From Candidatus Multivoradales bacterium (GTDB lineage Bacteria; Acidobacteriota; Thermoanaerobaculia; Multivoradales; JAHEKO01), in the NCBI GenBank assembly GCA_965223855.1, contig CBDCXM010000009.1:2848001-2912000 (forward strand): a stretch of 64,000 nt of DNA, read 5' to 3'. This document shows positions 31,302 through 40,697 of this stretch, piece by piece. Each line of letters opens with the position of its first letter. Within the stretch, counting starts at the first letter, position 1. The notes under the pieces were generated by a model. The model was not told the DNA's origin. It saw only the letters and a list, made by a program, of their open reading frames with translations, and ran no database searches. A program made the position numbers and the translations under genes.

Positions 31302-32246
31302 CTACCGTTGCGGAGCGGAGCCATGGCTCCAGGAGTCTCCTGTGCCGGCGATCCGCCGTTCGTTGCCTCCAAGGTCGTGCACCGCCAGATAGGGCACCGC
31401 ACCGAGCGCCTGCTCGAGTGCCTCGATGAAGCCCTCGAGATCGATGGCGAAGCGCCGGGCGGTTTCGCCCGGCTCTCCCGAGAGGTCGACCACCAGCGAC
31501 TCACCCAATCGCATCCGATCGACCACCTCCGAGCAACCCCAGCGCCCCGGACCCGCGAGCTCGAGCGGCGGCAGCGCATCGACCCGCACGGTCAGGGCCC
31601 GCTGCTGCACGTCGGCCAGAGACCGGCCGTCCCAGTAGACGACCAGGTTGCAGCCGCCCGGATCGAAGATCAGCGAGAAGGAGACGAGATCGGCGGCGAC
31701 CTGGCCATCGATGATCTCGGCAGCCGGCCCCACGATGCTGACCCGAAGCGAGCCGGAGGTCTCATCGATCATCGAACGCACCGCCCACGCCCCGATCGCG
31801 CTCTCAGCCGCCTGGATCAGCTGGTCGAGGGCGGCTTCCATGCCGCCGGCACGCACCGCGGCACGATCGATCGTCGAAAGGAGCGCCAGCGCCTCGTCCC
31901 TCTGCCCGGCGTTGAGCAGCAGCACCCCCAGCAGCAGCGCAGAGGAAGACGACTCGGGAGCGAGCTCGTGAGCCCTCCTGGCGTGTACCAGCGCCTCGTC
32001 CGCCCTCCCGACCGCCCCCAGCGACCTCGCCAGCGCTTCGTGCGCCCAGGCGTTGGCGGGGGAGAGCTCGAGGTACTCCTCGAAACCGGCGATCGCCCCT
32101 TGGTAGTCCCCGGCCGCGTAAGCCGCCCGCGCCTCCGCCCACACGGCTTCCAATCGGTTGGGGGGTGCCTGTGCGAGACCTGCGCTCGAAGTGAGAAGGA
32201 GAGCAGCAGCTACGAGAGGAGCGGTCCCTCGTTGAGTACGGATCAT
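31302..32246 (-). CDS. Secreted TPR-repeat protein
   Basis: Signal peptide followed by TPR-like helices (GDYQGAIAGFEEYLELSPANAWA). Confidence 0.7.
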   Translation of the reverse strand: MIRTQRGTAPLVAAALLLTSSAGLAQAPPNRLEAVWAEARAAYAAGDYQGAIAGFEEYLELSPANAWAHEALARSLGAVGRADEALVHARRAHELAPESSSSALLLGVLLLNAGQRDEALALLSTIDRAAVRAGGMEAALDQLIQAAESAIGAWAVRSMIDETSGSLRVSIVGPAAEIIDGQVAADLVSFSLIFDPGGCNLVVYWDGRSLADVQQRALTVRVDALPPLELAGPGRWGCSEVVDRMRLGESLVVDLSGEPGETARRFAIDLEGFIEALEQALGAVPYLAVHDLGGNERRIAGTGDSWSHGSAPQR

Positions 32247-32304
32247 GCCGCGATCTTGTCACTCTGCTCGGATTCGAGCTCTCGGAAAGACACGCGCGTC
32301 TGAG

Positions 32305-32338
32305 TTGCGATGTACGTCATGTGTAGGTACGCTGTACA
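32305..32338 (+). promoter_or_regulatory. brnTA promoter with GTAC-containing operator repeats
   Basis: TTGCGA, 17 nt spacer, TACGCT. TGTAC (32311) and GTACA (32334) form an inverted pair. Confidence 0.5.
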
Positions 32339-32343
32339 GCCGC

Positions 32344-32634
32344 ATGATCGAGTTCGAGTGGGATCAGTCGAAGGCTGAGATCAATCTTGCAAAGCACGGC
32401 ATCGACTTCCGCGAGGCGGCGTCGGTTTTCTACGACGACCGAGCGCTCTTCATGGCAGACCCCAGTCACTCCGATACTGAGGATCGACTGCTGCTCCTTG
32501 GCCTGAGCACCCTCCTGCGCCTGCTGCTCGTGGTGCACACCTATCGAAAGGACAGCCAGACCATTCGGATCATCTCCGCCCGCCGGGCGAGCCGGAGCGA
32601 GCGCAGGCAGTACAGCGAGAGGCAAAGACGATGA
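32344..32634 (+). CDS. brnT: BrnT family toxin
   Basis: FEWDQSKAEINLAKHGIDFREA...EDR...RIISARRA. ATG at 32344. Confidence 0.92.
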   Translation: MIEFEWDQSKAEINLAKHGIDFREAASVFYDDRALFMADPSHSDTEDRLLLLGLSTLLRLLLVVHTYRKDSQTIRIISARRASRSERRQYSERQRR

Positions 32635-32849
32635 AAGACAGCTACGACTTCACCGACGCGCAGCGCAACCCCTACACCGAGGCGCTGAAACAGCCGGTCA
32701 CCATCCGTCTCGATGTGCCGACCGTTCAGTACTTCAAGGAGCTAGCCGGCGATCTGGGGATGCCCTACCAGACGCTCATCAACCTCTACCTGCGCGAGTG
32801 CGTGATGGAGAGGAAGCGGCCCTCCCTGGATTGGGTGGCGGAGGGGTGA
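32631..32849 (+). CDS. brnA: BrnA family antitoxin
   Basis: KQPVTIRLD...YFK...MPYQTLINLYL. ATGA overlap with the toxin. Confidence 0.9.
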   Translation: MKDSYDFTDAQRNPYTEALKQPVTIRLDVPTVQYFKELAGDLGMPYQTLINLYLRECVMERKRPSLDWVAEG

Positions 32850-32877
32850 GAGAGACCGGCACAGATCGAGGTCAACC

Positions 32878-33594
32878 CTAGTCCAGCAGCAACCGGTTCT
32901 CCTTGAACCACCGCCGCCGATCCCGGTAGTCGGGTAGCAGCGACTCCACCAGCTCCCAGAACGCCGGCCCATGGTGGTGCTCCCTCAGATGGCAGAGCTC
33001 GTGGACCGCCACGTACTCGTAGACCGCCTTCGGCACCGCAATCAGCCGCCAGTTGAGAGAGATCGCCCCGCTCACCGAGCAGCTTCCCCAACGTGTCCGT
33101 TGCTGCCGCAGCGTGATCCGTGTCGGCATCACTCCGAGCTGCGCTCCGTAGCGCCGGGACCAGCCGACGGCGTCCTCCATCGCCCGCTCGTGCAGCCAGG
33201 CGACGACCAGCTCCCGTGCCGCCGTCTCACCTTCGGCCTCGGACAAGCCCCGGGGTACGCGCACATGGAAGCGGTTGGCGAACGCGAGTCGTGGTGTCTC
33301 GACCGCTGCCACCTCGATCTCGAGTCGGAGCAGGCGCCCGCGAAAGCGAACGCGAGCGCCGGACTCGAAGCGCTCGGGCAGGATCCGAAGCCCACCCGCT
33401 CCGAGGCGCTCGAGCCGATCGCGAATCCACCCTTCCTTGCCGGCCACGAACGCCTCGATCTCCGACTTGCGCACGAACCACGGCGCCGTGACTCGCACCC
33501 GCCCCGGCCGTACCGTGATCCGAACCCTCTTCGCCCGTCGTGTGCGGTGAAGTTCGAAGGGGATCGGGGCGCGATCCAGCTCTGGATCCGACAC
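32878..33594 (-). CDS. YgjP/DUF45 (M48/SprT-like) metallohydrolase
   Basis: RAKRVRITV, RTRWGSCS, LNWRL, YVAVHELCH..HH..FW. The GTG start at 33594 is approximate. Confidence 0.85.
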   Translation of the reverse strand: MSDPELDRAPIPFELHRTRRAKRVRITVRPGRVRVTAPWFVRKSEIEAFVAGKEGWIRDRLERLGAGGLRILPERFESGARVRFRGRLLRLEIEVAAVETPRLAFANRFHVRVPRGLSEAEGETAARELVVAWLHERAMEDAVGWSRRYGAQLGVMPTRITLRQQRTRWGSCSVSGAISLNWRLIAVPKAVYEYVAVHELCHLREHHHGPAFWELVESLLPDYRDRRRWFKENRLLLD

Positions 33595-33830
33595 AGCGAG
33601 TTGGACTGAATTCCTGCTCAAGGCTTCGATGCCGTTGTGGGGCCCATGTTCAGGCGAGGCGCCGATCGTCCGGAGCGAGCTTCCTCGACGGTCTGCCCCT
33701 GCGCGCAAACCAGCGGAACGACTCCACCACAGTCCAAATCCGCCGCGGCCAATCTTGACCATGGTCCAAATCTGCCGTCCACCGTTGGGCACCGGAAGCG
33801 GGCTCTAGACTTAGTGCGGAGGACCGCCCC

Positions 33831-34316
33831 CTGCAATCGATCACCGTCAAGTACTGCTCCCGCTGCGAAGGCGAGTTCCAGGACTGGGTCGAGACGTGCC
33901 CGGACTGCGAGGTTGCCCTCGAGTCGCGATTCGACTCCGACCTGGTGCCGGGAACCGCCGGGATCGGGTCGCGAGCGCCTCAGCCCTCCCTTCAGGAAGA
34001 AGCCTACCTTCGCGAAGCCGAGCCGGAGTGGGCCTACCGCCTCGCCGAAGCGCTGGCCGCCGCCGGGCTTCCTCACGTGGTCCGCCCGCCGGCGGAGGTC
34101 AGGGAGGGCAAGAGAGTCACGCTGACCCTCTACGTCGAGGCGTCCGATCTCGAGCGCGCCAGGGTCATCGACCTCGAGATCCTCAGGGACGAGGTGCCGG
34201 ACACCGACGACCTCGTCTACGAGTTCGAGTCCGACACCTGCCCGTCCTGCGGCGCCCACGTCGTGCCTCAGGCCGCGCGCTGTGGCGAGTGTGAGCTGGA
34301 GTTTCCGGAGTACTAG
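33831..34316 (+). CDS. Double zinc-ribbon protein with DUF2007-like core
   Basis: Frame extends upstream of ORF 33945 through KYCSRC...TCPDC. C-terminus CPSC...CGEC. Probable CTG start 8 nt after GGAGG. Confidence 0.65.
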   Translation: MQSITVKYCSRCEGEFQDWVETCPDCEVALESRFDSDLVPGTAGIGSRAPQPSLQEEAYLREAEPEWAYRLAEALAAAGLPHVVRPPAEVREGKRVTLTLYVEASDLERARVIDLEILRDEVPDTDDLVYEFESDTCPSCGAHVVPQAARCGECELEFPEY

Positions 34317-34379
34317 TCCCCGGTCACGTCAGAACTGAGTCCAGTAGGAAGCGATGGCAAGGCAGCTCCTCAACCAGTC

Positions 34380-34661
34380 TCAGTAGGCCGACCCTCGATG
34401 TGCCGCCGCGATGAGGAAGACGATCCGGTCCTCCTCGTCGAGTTCGTAGAAGAACCGCCAGGCACCAATTCGATAGCGCCAGGAGGGAGGCTCGTACCCC
34501 TTCAGTCGCCGGATGTGAGGCCCGAAGTGTGGCTTCGCTCGCAGCTGAGGGTAGACGGTGCTGCGGAGCTTGCGAATCAGGTCGTCGCGCCCGGACCGGG
34601 CCAGCAGAGCGAGATCCTTGTCGAACTGCTCGGTCTCGAAGATCCGGTACGGGGCCGACAA
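34380..34661 (-). CDS. RelE/ParE family toxin
   Basis: YRIFETEQFDKDL...IRRLKG...WRYRIGAWRFFY...HRGSAY. Confidence 0.88.
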   Translation of the reverse strand: MSAPYRIFETEQFDKDLALLARSGRDDLIRKLRSTVYPQLRAKPHFGPHIRRLKGYEPPSWRYRIGAWRFFYELDEEDRIVFLIAAAHRGSAY

Positions 34662-34670
34662 GACCGAGAC

Positions 34671-34913
34671 TCAGTCCACGAAGGCGCCGCGTCGAGCCGC
34701 AGCGTCCGCAGAGCCCGCGCGAAGCCGCTTCTGGAGTGCCTCGTTCGATCGGATCTCCGCCATTTCACCGTCGTCGAGGAACTGAGCTTCCCTGATCCTC
34801 ACCAGCGCAGCCGATTCGATCAGGTTGGCAATCGAGCGATGCTCGGCTGTCGCCGCCTCGCGGAACTCCTCGTAGACGGCGTCGTCCAGTCGCAGGGTGA
34901 TGGTCTTGGGCAT
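34671..34913 (-). CDS. CopG/RHH antitoxin
   Basis: MPKTITLRLDD...AEHRSIANLIE, immediately upstream of the toxin. Confidence 0.85.
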   Translation of the reverse strand: MPKTITLRLDDAVYEEFREAATAEHRSIANLIESAALVRIREAQFLDDGEMAEIRSNEALQKRLRAGSADAAARRGAFVD

Positions 34914-34924
34914 GAGAAGGCTCC

Positions 34925-34956
34925 GAATGCGTTCGTTTCGCTTCTTTTGCATTCTA
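34925..34956 (-). promoter_or_regulatory. Inverted-repeat operator overlapping the -10 of the RHH-RelE operon
   Basis: GAATGC-N18-GCATTC. TAGAAT on the minus strand at 34956-34951. Confidence 0.5.
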
Positions 34957-34981
34957 CCTGATGCCTCTCCCTGAGACGAGA

Positions 34982-35362
34982 TCAGCCGTTCGCCGCCGCA
35001 AGCGGCGGCCAGGCCTCGACCACGCTCAGATCCTCGATCCCGTGAACCTCCCGGAAGATCGCCCGCACCAGCTCGGCGATCGAGTCGGCGTTCTGCCCGA
35101 CGTCGCACTGCCAGCTGCCGCCGGAGTCGAACAGCTCGAGCCCGTTCCACGGCTCGCGCGACAGGAGCTCGAGCAGGCGCTTGTTGGCGTCGGCCGGCAG
35201 GATCTCGAACGGCAGATCGAGGATCAGCGAACCGCGGTGGTTCTTCTGGAACTGCACGAAGAGCCTGGTCGGCGGGTGGTCGAGGATCAGAACCTCGCCC
35301 AGCGGGCCGTTGTTGAGGATGTCGGTGAGGGAGGGCAGGATGGCGTCATGGGTTTCGCTCAT
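34982..35362 (-). CDS. Hypothetical protein
   Basis: ORF with host-like codon usage filling the intergenic space. Start 35362 or 35371. Confidence 0.6.
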   Translation of the reverse strand: MSETHDAILPSLTDILNNGPLGEVLILDHPPTRLFVQFQKNHRGSLILDLPFEILPADANKRLLELLSREPWNGLELFDSGGSWQCDVGQNADSIAELVRAIFREVHGIEDLSVVEAWPPLAAANG

Positions 35363-35490
35363 GCCCTTCAAGACGGCTTCGGGATCGTTTTCCTTGCACG
35401 GTCACCTGGCCTGTCTGTCCGGTCGCCCCGTAAGGTCCACTCTTCGCGATTCGCCCGGCAGCCCCCGTGCTAGCTTGACGCGCCAACCCG

Positions 35491-36081
35491 ATGACCGTCT
35501 TCTCAGCAGCCCTGCTCCTCTTCCTGGTGATGGACCCGTTCGGGAACATCCCGCTCTTCATCTCGGCGCTCAAGCCGGTGGAGGAGTCGCGCCGCACCCG
35601 AGTGATCCTGCGCGAGCTGCTGATCGCCCTGGCCGTCCTCGTCACCTTTCTCTTCGCCGGCCAGCACTTGCTGCGGGCGCTCGGCATCTCCGGCCCGGCG
35701 CTCACCGTCGCCGGCGGCACGGTGCTGTTCCTCATCGCCGTCAAGATGATCTTCCCGCCGGCGAAGGGCGGAGGGAGCGAGCACATCAGCGGCGAGCCGT
35801 TCATCGTCCCGCTCGCCGTCCCCTACGTCGCCGGCCCCTCGGCGATGGCGTCGCTGCTGCTGATCATGAACCGCGAGCCGAGCCGCTCGATGGAATGGCT
35901 CCTCGCCGTCGTCGCCGCCTGGTTCGTCACCGGCCTCATCCTGTCGCTCTCCGGCGTCTTCGCTCGCCTCCTGGGCGAGAAGGTGCTGATCGCCATCGAG
36001 CGCCTCATGGGCATGCTGCTGGTGGCGATCGCCATGCAGATGGTGATGACCGGGGTGGCGGAGTTTGCGGCGGCGTTGTAG
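35491..36081 (+). CDS. MarC family integral membrane protein
   Basis: MDPFGNIPLF, VAGGTVLF, IVPLAVPYVAGP, ERLMGMLL. Confidence 0.93.
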   Translation: MTVFSAALLLFLVMDPFGNIPLFISALKPVEESRRTRVILRELLIALAVLVTFLFAGQHLLRALGISGPALTVAGGTVLFLIAVKMIFPPAKGGGSEHISGEPFIVPLAVPYVAGPSAMASLLLIMNREPSRSMEWLLAVVAAWFVTGLILSLSGVFARLLGEKVLIAIERLMGMLLVAIAMQMVMTGVAEFAAAL

Positions 36082-36154
36082 CCGCGAACCCCGTCCACGG
36101 GGGTGAGCGGCGGAAGTCCCCATCGACCTGTCAACGAACGGAGGCCCACCTACC

Positions 36155-39100
36155 GTGACAACCTACGCAAGAGTCCTGATCCGGCTATGGCTGATCGCCA
36201 TGGCCGTCACCATCGCCGGGGCCATCGCCGGGGCTCCTGCCTCGTCCGCGCAGACCACCTCCTCGGGGGTGAAGCAGAACGTCGAATTCAGGATCGTCGG
36301 CCCGAGCCGCGTGCGCGAGGGGCGACCGGCCCACTGGACGGTGGTAGCCGTCCGCCGGAGCGTGGCGAACACAGCCGAGGGCTACGCGCCTCGCGTGCGC
36401 GCTCACGCTGGTGGGGAGCTGCCGACCAAGTGGGTGCCGCCGGCGGAGTTCAGTTGGGACTTCGGCGACGGCACCGGGGTCAAGTCGACCGGCGATCATC
36501 CCGTGGCGACGCATGTCTACGAGCAGGACTCGAGTGACGCCCAGGACGGCGTCTTCACGCTGATCGCCTACGGACGAGACGAGCACGGCTGGTTGGTGGA
36601 GGCGACCAGGAAGATCGAGGTGACGAACCAGAAACCGCGGATCCCCCGCATCCGGGCCGTTGAGATCGACCCGACCACGAACCGGTTCGAGTTGACGGCG
36701 CGTGCCTTCGATGCCGAAGCGGACATGAACGAGCTCGTCTACGACTGGGACTTCGGCGACGAGACCCTCCTCGACGGCGGCTGGAAGGTGGAGCGTTCGT
36801 TCAAGTCCGCAGGGACGGCAACGGTGAAGCTGACGATCCGGGACGACGATGGCGAGGAGCTGAAGGCGGAGCGGGACATCAACGTCCGCGGCGCCTCTGC
36901 CGGAGCCTCGACGGCGGCCCCGATGCCGATGGACCCCGACGAGCGGCCGGACGCCATCTCTACCGGCCTCGTGGCGGAGCTCTTCGGCGACATGGGCACG
37001 ATCGACCTCGACGCCGAGATCCTGCCCTACACCGGCCTCTACCTCGTCAAGTCGGATGCATGCCGCTACCGCTTCCTGTGGACGGCGTGGGACGACGACA
37101 ACCTGGCCTCACTGATCTTCATCGCCGATCTCAACGGCCTTCCCGACGCGAAGGGCGGCGTCTACGAGCTGCAGCCGAACACGGCGCAACTGACCTTCCA
37201 CGCCGAGGGCGAGGACTGGATGAAGAGCTACGAGCGGGGGCGCATGGGCCTCGGCCTCGCGCGGCTCGGGTTCTCTCAGCCGCAGGTGGGTGAGTACATC
37301 GACGAGGGCGGCGACGATCCGGAGGAGATCCGCGGGGAGGTGAACCAGGAACTCGATGCTCTCGGAATCGGCCTCGCGGTAGGCCCGGGGGAACAGCGGA
37401 CTCCACCCCAGCCGCCCAGCCGTTCCCCTCTCGGTCTGAGTGAAGACGTCTGGTTCGCAATGGCCGGTGGCACCGTGCGCCTCACCCTCGTGCCGGGGCA
37501 GTACGCGCTCGCCGAACTGGATGGAGTCGTGCTGGCGACCGAGAATGACGAGGGGCCGGTGCAATCGGTCCGGTTCGGCAGCGAGAGCACCTTCCTGCTC
37601 GACCTGGCCACGGCGCGCCAGGACGGCATCGTCCAGGATCGGGAGGTGGGCATCCTGGCGCAGCAGGGGCCCGCGAACTGCGCACCGCCGCCGACACCGC
37701 TGAAAGTCGACAGCACGTACCCGAATGCCGACGAGGAATACGTCCGGCCGATCACCAGGATCAGCGTCGACTTCGATCAGCCCTACGACCTGAGCACGCT
37801 CGACGATCACTCCTTCCAGCTCACCTATCCGGAAGCCGGCTCGGGCGAGCTGGTGGTGGTCGACACCAAACTGCTGCGGGACCGCGACGCCGCGGACCTC
37901 GTGCCGCTCGAGCCGCTGTGGGGAGGCGTGACCTACACCGTGCGCGTCAAGGCGGGGGAGGAGGGGGTCAAGGGACTCGGCGGCACCGAGCTCGAGGGCG
38001 ACAGCGGCGACGGCTGGTACAAGTGGAAGTTCACCACCAGAGTCGATTTCTCGGCCACCGCAGACGGCGAGACGGGACTCTCCTGCCACACCATGCAGTC
38101 GGTCCGTGACGTGCCGCTGATCTGGGGCAAGCCGGCCGTGGCCCGGGTCTACGCGGAGTGGAAGCCACGGCCCGAAGTCGCCGAGGCCGCCCAGGTCAAG
38201 TCGTTCGCCGCCAAGCTCGTCATGAAGTCCGGTACCCAGGAGGTGGGATCGACAACCGCCAACTTCGTGCGCCAGGACCTCCTGGAGGCCTGGGGTGTCG
38301 ACAAGGCCGAGGCCCAGCACACCGCCAACATCTTCTGGACCCCTCGGGAGAGCCAGAACCCGGTGTCGTGGGTACAGGTCTCGATCCCGGGCGTCGACGA
38401 TCCGACCGTCTACTCGACGAGCTGCCCGACCCCGATGTGGACCGAAGCACCCAAGCTCGTGGTGCACCAGTACGTGCTCGGCCTCGGCGAGGCCGAGGAC
38501 GACGAGGGGCTGCGAATGGAGATGGCGTTCCAGGTCGATCAGATGCGCTACGAGATCGTCAGATACGCCGAGCAACTGCTCCCTTTCCAGGAGGTTCAGG
38601 TCGCTCCCGCACGCATCCTGGCGCTCGAGGAGGGTGAGGAGCTACCGCCCTGCACTCGACCGCGAAAGTGCCCGGCGATCTTCATGAGCCGCAAGGCGGG
38701 GACGGGGGGCCACATCCTCATCGGCTGGAAGCCGGGCGCCGCGGAAGGGGGGAAGCAGCAGAAGGTGGGGGAGATCGTCCAGGTGGATGGCCAGGTGCTG
38801 TTCCCGGGCGCCGGCGATCGCGGCCTGATCACCCTCGACCTGCCCTTGGCGGGGGAGATCCCCGAAGACCGGCTGATCTTCGCCGCCGTGCACGAGATCG
38901 GGCATGCGCTCCATCTCGAGCACCTGCCCTTCTTTCATGAGGACGAAGAGCGCGATGCCATGATCGTCCAGCGCGATCTCGGATTCGAGAATGCCCTCGA
39001 CGAGCCGGTGCACGAGCACAAGGGGATCGAAGGCTTCCGCATCGACGCCTCGGGCACGGAGGGGATCAACAAGTCCTCGACCGAGGGGAACGGCGAGTCG

Positions 39101-39223
39101 AGATGGCTGGTGCCGCTGATGTTTCCGGCGGGGATGTTCCGGCGCGATGCGTTCATCGCGCCACACCACTACTTGGATGTGCAGGAACTCATTGAAGAGA
39201 GTGCGGGGAGGTTCGGGGGGTAG
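36155..39223 (+). CDS. Large secreted protein: two PKD domains, Ig-like (Big_5) domain and C-terminal metzincin-like peptidase
   Basis: Signal peptide, FSWDFGDG and YDWDFGD, Big_5-like VDSTYP...YTVRV...WKFTT, HEIGHALHLEH with PLMFP Met-turn. Confidence 0.8.
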   Translation: MTTYARVLIRLWLIAMAVTIAGAIAGAPASSAQTTSSGVKQNVEFRIVGPSRVREGRPAHWTVVAVRRSVANTAEGYAPRVRAHAGGELPTKWVPPAEFSWDFGDGTGVKSTGDHPVATHVYEQDSSDAQDGVFTLIAYGRDEHGWLVEATRKIEVTNQKPRIPRIRAVEIDPTTNRFELTARAFDAEADMNELVYDWDFGDETLLDGGWKVERSFKSAGTATVKLTIRDDDGEELKAERDINVRGASAGASTAAPMPMDPDERPDAISTGLVAELFGDMGTIDLDAEILPYTGLYLVKSDACRYRFLWTAWDDDNLASLIFIADLNGLPDAKGGVYELQPNTAQLTFHAEGEDWMKSYERGRMGLGLARLGFSQPQVGEYIDEGGDDPEEIRGEVNQELDALGIGLAVGPGEQRTPPQPPSRSPLGLSEDVWFAMAGGTVRLTLVPGQYALAELDGVVLATENDEGPVQSVRFGSESTFLLDLATARQDGIVQDREVGILAQQGPANCAPPPTPLKVDSTYPNADEEYVRPITRISVDFDQPYDLSTLDDHSFQLTYPEAGSGELVVVDTKLLRDRDAADLVPLEPLWGGVTYTVRVKAGEEGVKGLGGTELEGDSGDGWYKWKFTTRVDFSATADGETGLSCHTMQSVRDVPLIWGKPAVARVYAEWKPRPEVAEAAQVKSFAAKLVMKSGTQEVGSTTANFVRQDLLEAWGVDKAEAQHTANIFWTPRESQNPVSWVQVSIPGVDDPTVYSTSCPTPMWTEAPKLVVHQYVLGLGEAEDDEGLRMEMAFQVDQMRYEIVRYAEQLLPFQEVQVAPARILALEEGEELPPCTRPRKCPAIFMSRKAGTGGHILIGWKPGAAEGGKQQKVGEIVQVDGQVLFPGAGDRGLITLDLPLAGEIPEDRLIFAAVHEIGHALHLEHLPFFHEDEERDAMIVQRDLGFENALDEPVHEHKGIEGFRIDASGTEGINKSSTEGNGESRWLVPLMFPAGMFRRDAFIAPHHYLDVQELIEESAGRFGG

Positions 39224-39378
39224 TGATCAGGGGCCTGAAGCTAGCAGTTGATCTGGCGCCGAGCCGAGCTGCTCCCTTCCCGGCCATTCACCTGGTACCG
39301 CCCTGTCTGGCGTCGCGCGGAGGGTCTGGCCGCATTGCGCAGCTACCTCAAGTCGCCCGGCTTCAGACCGAGAGGGCT

Positions 39379-40455
39379 CTACGGACGTTCGTCGTGAGCT
39401 CTCGACGCTCGCTTCCAAGCCTCGATAACAGATTCGAGAAGTGCTCCAAGTGGATTCCTGAGCGATGCCCAGTTCTTCGCCGTGATCTCCACCTCCAGGC
39501 ACGCCCAGGACTTTTCGATCCGGCGAGCCTGCGGGATCGCGGCGCAAAGGACCGTGATCGCATCCTCCGCGAGGTCTGAGACCCGGGGAGGGAGGTTGAG
39601 CAGGAGCGTGCTTCGTCTCTTCGTGTCGAGGTACAAGGTCGCATAGGAGCGGAGCGAGGGGCGTCCTTCCGAGGTCTGTTCCTGCAGGCTGAACGTGAAG
39701 GCGGTCTTCCCCGGCCAGCGATAGGCGGACGCCATGCGCGACTCGATGAAGTCAGCGACCTCGAGCAGGAGATCCCTGCTCCCGAGAGCTTCCGCGGACT
39801 CCAGCAGGACCCTGAGGTTGCCCGCCTTCGACTCGCTCTTGTTACGGGCGGCTCCCTGCTGCTGGGGCGGTGTCGTTTCGACTTGCTTTGCCAGCAGGGT
39901 TTGTCCCGCGACCTCGAAACCCTGGAAAGTAAGAAGTTGGATATCGATCGCCGACGCGGCGAGGAAGTTGACGATTCGCTTGGCCCGGTCATCGACGCCG
40001 AGCCCGACCAGCACCAGCCTGGGTGGCTCGGCCAGAGGTTCGTCGTTGTCTGGATAGGTCCGGTCGTACCAATCGACGAAGTCGTCGATACGTGGGATTC
40101 CATTCCTTCCCGAAGAGGCCTCGATCAAGCCGGCGAGTCGCTCGGTCGAGGCGTCTGCGAGGTCGGATCCGTAGTCCAGAATCTGCGCGACCGCCTCACG
40201 AGTGAGCATTCCCTTCTTGAGTTCGAAGATCACCACCCGGCCGTCGCCGTCGATCCCGAGTAGGTCGAGGGGGCCGCCCTCCGTCGGCACCTGGCGTCCG
40301 ACGAGAGTGAGGTCGCTCATCAGGAGATCCGGAGACTCCACGAGCAAGTCTTCCAGCACCGCCTCGGTTTCCGATGAGTCGACCATGGGCGCCGGAGCTG
40401 CAGCCACCGACCCGGAAGAGCCGGGGGAAACCGTCCAGACTTGGATTCTCTTCAC
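39379..40455 (-). CDS. NucS/EndoMS-like PD-(D/E)XK endonuclease domain protein
   Basis: EAVLEDLL...GRQV...PLDLLGIDGDGRVVIFELKK...AVAQILDY. Confidence 0.82.
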   Translation of the reverse strand: MKRIQVWTVSPGSSGSVAAAPAPMVDSSETEAVLEDLLVESPDLLMSDLTLVGRQVPTEGGPLDLLGIDGDGRVVIFELKKGMLTREAVAQILDYGSDLADASTERLAGLIEASSGRNGIPRIDDFVDWYDRTYPDNDEPLAEPPRLVLVGLGVDDRAKRIVNFLAASAIDIQLLTFQGFEVAGQTLLAKQVETTPPQQQGAARNKSESKAGNLRVLLESAEALGSRDLLLEVADFIESRMASAYRWPGKTAFTFSLQEQTSEGRPSLRSYATLYLDTKRRSTLLLNLPPRVSDLAEDAITVLCAAIPQARRIEKSWACLEVEITAKNWASLRNPLGALLESVIEAWKRASRAHDERP

Positions 40456-40697
40456 CGGCGAGAAGGTATCAGTTGGATTTCCTAGAGGGCTGGGAGTTGC
40501 CGCACCGCCATCGCCCGGAGGCTCCAGGCTTGGAGCCAGCGTAGACTTGGCCAGACCTTGGCAGAATAAGCGTCAGGAGATGCTCGCGCCGGCGGGTTTG
40601 TAGCTCGACCCACTCATCTGCTCTGAGCAGCTACCAAGTCTCCCGGCACCAACGCAGCCCCGAGCGGCCTTCACTTCAGATTGCAACTACCGACGCA

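Noticed and set aside
36078-36110. GTAG-led hairpin after marC as a REP element
   Set aside because: Single copy in the window and indistinguishable from an ordinary terminator-like hairpin.
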